41,552 nucleotides of DNA from Tolypothrix carrinoi HA7290-LM1 (GTDB lineage: Bacteria; Cyanobacteriota; Cyanobacteriia; Cyanobacteriales; Nostocaceae): assembly GCA_019358935.1 (NCBI GenBank), contig JAHHIK010000073.1, positions 1-41,552 of the forward strand, given 5' to 3'. The position numbers were made by a program, and so were the translations under genes. Below the pieces are notes generated by a model. The model ran no database searches, was not told where the DNA came from, and worked only from the letters and a program-made list of their open reading frames with translations. Positions 38,459 through 41,552 of the stretch are shown piece after piece (within the stretch, counting starts at the first letter, position 1; the number at the start of each line of letters is the position of its first letter).

Positions 38459-38705
38459 AAAAGACACCGTAAATAAATTCAATAATAGATAGCTTTCACC
38501 CCAGCTTACCTTGAATTTAACTCCAAAGAAAGTTGGAAAGTTGTATTTAAGATTTGTAATAATTAAGAAACATATTCGCTCAATTGCCCCTACGCTAAAA
38601 CTGGACAAAAAAGGATGCGCCTTCATCCTTTGTGACTGGTGGGGTGTTGAGGATCTTTAAAACAAGGCTGTCCAATTTTGTCTGACTTTTTGGAACCCTG
38701 AAATT

Positions 38706-39317
38706 ATGAGTCCTGATGAGATTGAAGCAGCTTTGCAAGCAGCCTTTAATAGTTGTGATGCAGCCAGCTGTCCTCTCACTGATATGCAGAAACAGATATT
38801 ACTGCAAGTGATTTCGGAAATTCAGGAAAACTCTTATGCTGGTGTTGCAGATCTTCGCAATCCCTTAGACGAACTTACACCGGCGGAATTAGAAGCATTT
38901 TTAGAGTTCGTCAAAACACAAGAGCAACACAACCGCACTTGGAAAGTACAATTACTTAACGACTGGCTGCAACAGAAGGACTCTGGAAAAGTAAATTTTG
39001 TTCGCAAACGCTATGGTTTGCAGTGGCTAAATCGCGTTGAGCCATATCATTTTGAAAAATATTCTTATTTTGAGGATGCACTAAAACTCAGGATAGGCGA
39101 TCGCATCGAAATTTCCAATGCTCTATGGGAATGGGTACAAGAAAATGGTCCGTGTACCCGCGAATGGTTTCCCTGCACAGTAATTCAAGTAAATCAAATT
39201 GGCAATGGCGATGATACATACACCAATTGCATCATCCGCTTTACCAACGGTACTGAATACGAAATTCAAGGAATTTACGAATGGAATCGTTATAATTGGC
39301 GCTGGCTGAGGAGGTAG
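38706..39317 (+). CDS. Conserved hypothetical protein
   Basis: 203-aa ORF with WKVQLLNDW, LWEWVQ and YEWNRYNWR motifs. Confidence 0.78.
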   Translation: MSPDEIEAALQAAFNSCDAASCPLTDMQKQILLQVISEIQENSYAGVADLRNPLDELTPAELEAFLEFVKTQEQHNRTWKVQLLNDWLQQKDSGKVNFVRKRYGLQWLNRVEPYHFEKYSYFEDALKLRIGDRIEISNALWEWVQENGPCTREWFPCTVIQVNQIGNGDDTYTNCIIRFTNGTEYEIQGIYEWNRYNWRWLRR

Positions 39318-39455
39318 GGGGAGGGGGGGATGGGGGGATGGGGGGATGGGGGGAGGGGGGGGAGGGGGAGGCAGGGGAAGCAGGGGAAGCAGGGGAAGCA
39401 GAGGAAGATGAGGTAGCTTTTCCTCCTTGTCCCCCTTGTCCTCCTTGTCCCCCAA
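39316..39455. repeat. G-rich 8/9-mer tandem repeats (GGGGGGAT, GCAGGGGAA, CCTTGTCC[T/C])
   Basis: Directly visible between convergent genes. Confidence 0.9.
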
Positions 39456-39537
39456 GTCCAGTGCCAGTCGCCGAGGGCGTTCGTGACCTCCGCACGGAGA
39501 AAAGCTCCCCTTGTCTCCAAGGAGTCCCCTCATCCCC

Positions 39538-40407
39538 TCACCGCCAACCGAGGTGATTTCTTAGTGTTTGGCGCATGATGTCTACGGGGACAGATTCTAA
39601 ATCTAACCAGATTTTTAAGGCTAATGCACCTTGCTGGACTAGCATTTCTAAGCCGTCAATGGCGATCGCACCTTGTTGTCGTGCTAGTTGGAGAAATCGT
39701 GTTGGGCTAGGATTGTATATTAAATCGTAGGCGATCGCTCCTCTAGGCAAATCCTTCATTTCCTCTGCACTTAAAGGCGACACATCAACGTTGGGATGCA
39801 TTCCCATTGGCGTTGTGTTTACCAACAGATGTGCTTGGGAAATTATCCTTGACATTTCCTCCCATTTATGTATATGCAAATTCACTTCTGGTGGTAAATT
39901 ATCCCAGCTATTGCGGAATTCTTTCAACTTCTCCTCATTGCGCCCAATTACATGAACTTGCGTACAACCTAGCTGGATACAACCAGCTACAACAGCGCGA
40001 GATGCCCCACCATTGCCTAAAATTACTGCTACCGTCTGCTGCCAATTTCGCCTATACGTTGTTTGCAGAGGAGAGATAAATCCTTCTATATCAGTGTTTG
40101 TCCCAATCCAATGGTTATCTTTACGAAGAACAGTATTTACCGCACCTACAGATTTAGCAATTGGATGAATTGCCGATAAACAACTCATAATCGCTTGTTT
40201 GTGAGGAATTGTCACGTTAAAGCCTGTAACGCCAATCGCCAAAAAGCCTTGGATAGCTTTCGGCAAATCATCTGGTTTAATGGGAAAAGGCAGATAAACG
40301 TAATCTAATCCCAAAGATTTCAGAGCTGCATTATGCATCAACGGTGACAGCGAATGTTCAACCGGATGCCCAATTACTCCTAGCAGTTTCGTTTTTCCAG
40401 TAATCAT
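39538..40407 (-). CDS. aroE: Shikimate dehydrogenase
   Basis: HSLSPLMHN, NVTIPHK, GAVNT, NTD, LGNGGASRA, YDLIYNP and DGLEMLVQQG. Confidence 0.97.
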   Translation of the reverse strand: MITGKTKLLGVIGHPVEHSLSPLMHNAALKSLGLDYVYLPFPIKPDDLPKAIQGFLAIGVTGFNVTIPHKQAIMSCLSAIHPIAKSVGAVNTVLRKDNHWIGTNTDIEGFISPLQTTYRRNWQQTVAVILGNGGASRAVVAGCIQLGCTQVHVIGRNEEKLKEFRNSWDNLPPEVNLHIHKWEEMSRIISQAHLLVNTTPMGMHPNVDVSPLSAEEMKDLPRGAIAYDLIYNPSPTRFLQLARQQGAIAIDGLEMLVQQGALALKIWLDLESVPVDIMRQTLRNHLGWR

Positions 40408-40507
40408 TTATAATACTTTCAGCTTCTAAGTTTGAAGTTATTATTTTAAGTAATTTCAACAACATATAAGAAAAAACCCCTACTTTCAAGTAGGAGTTTA
40501 ATGTAGA

Positions 40508-40897
40508 TTACATGTTCAACAGTAAGAGCGCTTGTTCCAACTGCATCTTAGCTTTATGCAAGTTAAGCAGCGTTTCTTGGTCATAGCGATGGGGATACTC
40601 TAAACGCTTCCCTTGCATCGTTGCTCTAATCAATGCCGCTTGTTGGTCGGTAGGTTCTCCCATTTGATCCAATGCTTGTCCTAAGTCCTGATAGCCTTTA
40701 AAGGTCATTCTCCTTAATCCTTCCCCTTCCTTCATCTGACGTAAGGCAATAGCTGCAAAGGTCAATAAAGTATCAATCCAAGCAGTTTTATAACTAGGGT
40801 TTCCCAGTGGCTTCAATCCATACTGCTTGCAGAGTCCTTTAAGTTCCCCTAAGGTTTTGATTTCTAATTCAGAACGTGTAAACATGGAATTGTCCAT
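40508..40897 (-). CDS. Hypothetical protein with a possible N-terminal HeH/Rho-N-like motif
   Basis: ELEIKTLGELKGLCKQYGLKP; RBS not evident. Confidence 0.65.
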   Translation of the reverse strand: MDNSMFTRSELEIKTLGELKGLCKQYGLKPLGNPSYKTAWIDTLLTFAAIALRQMKEGEGLRRMTFKGYQDLGQALDQMGEPTDQQAALIRATMQGKRLEYPHRYDQETLLNLHKAKMQLEQALLLLNM

Positions 40898-41009
40898 TTT
40901 AAAAAGGTGGATATTGGTGGTTGCTAGTCGTCAAACAAATCAACCACCAATTAAACAATTTATCCCTATGTACACATTCGATTCAACCTATATTTACATT
41001 TCTTAATTG

Positions 41010-41213
41010 ATGCCAAACCCTAAAGGGAACCCTGAAAACCTTATCAAGCTTGTTACTGACAGAGATGAACCGTTAACTGAAACGGTGACTATCAGGGTTC
41101 CCGCATCCATTAAGCAAAAGCTAAAATCATTAGACAATCACGCAGAGTTCTGTAGACAGGCTATTTATAAGGCTTTGAGCGAACTAGAAACCAGTGATGA
41201 TGATTTTACTTAA
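41010..41213 (+). CDS. Small ribbon-helix-helix-like DNA-binding protein
   Basis: VTIRVPASIKQKL...AEFCRQAIYKAL. Confidence 0.65.
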   Translation: MPNPKGNPENLIKLVTDRDEPLTETVTIRVPASIKQKLKSLDNHAEFCRQAIYKALSELETSDDDFT

Positions 41214-41444
41214 AGTAATTTACACACAAGACACTACTGAGGCTATTAATGTTTTTTCCCGCAATCAATCGTTGCATAATCTTAATATTTTAAATCTCGC
41301 ACGCGCCAAGCACGCCTAAAGGTAGAAATTTAGTTTAGGTGCTAAAAGACTCTAAATAATCAGCCTATAGCCTGAGAATGCCGAGCTAGAATTATTAAAG
41401 GTTACTTAACATTTCGTCATATCATGCAGGGGAGTAATCTAAAC

Positions 41445-41552
41445 GCCATAGACCGTAACAAGTCGTAGCAATACGGACTCCCCCAGACCACTCCTTAAGC
41501 AAGAGTAGCTGTTATCTCTAAGCGTTAAAGTTCGTACCTTGGGGTGTCGAGC
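41445..41552 (+). ncRNA. Possible 5' part of a HEARO/IscB-type omegaRNA, truncated by the window end
   Basis: GNRA hairpin gtcgta-gcaa-tacggac, then cagaccac...gtagctgtta...taagcgttaaagttcgtaccttggggtg, which resembles leaders of RRXRR/IscB genes as I recall them. Confidence 0.45.

Larger units (their letters stand above)
1..41552. repeat. HIP1 octamer GCGATCGC dispersed throughout
   Basis: Many copies, for example near 1375, 1538, 3545, 9367, 14023, 24569 and 37097. Confidence 0.95.

Overview
This is a chromosomal window from a heterocystous (Nostocales-like) cyanobacterium, judged from abundant HIP1 GCGATCGC octamers, STRR heptamer tracts, crtH, and GUN4, Uma2 and pentapeptide genes. Housekeeping genes (probable ccmS, ABC transporters, prohibitin, purT, crtH, IsaR1-like sRNA, upp, yggT, aroE) surround several accessory blocks. 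(i) An EACC1-like gene plus a caspase-GUN4 gene lie next to a Y1/RAYT transposase remnant and REP/MITE elements. (ii) A CHAT-CHASE2, DUF928, beta-barrel, secreted protein, DUF1822 and sigma-like locus could be a protease-gated sigma cascade. (iii) A complete group II intron (26443-28732) has EBS1/EBS2 that pair perfectly with a 12-nt motif in a small dispersed element; an intron-free copy of that element with a mismatched IBS1 lies 7 kb upstream. (iv) A decaying LysM/CAP/M12-peptidase cluster is interrupted by an IS607 element (31401-33305). Its TnpB carries the rearranged pro-Fanzor active site and an open frame overprinting all of tnpA. The window ends in what looks like the start of a HEARO/omegaRNA. 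All family assignments are from motif recognition, not database searches.
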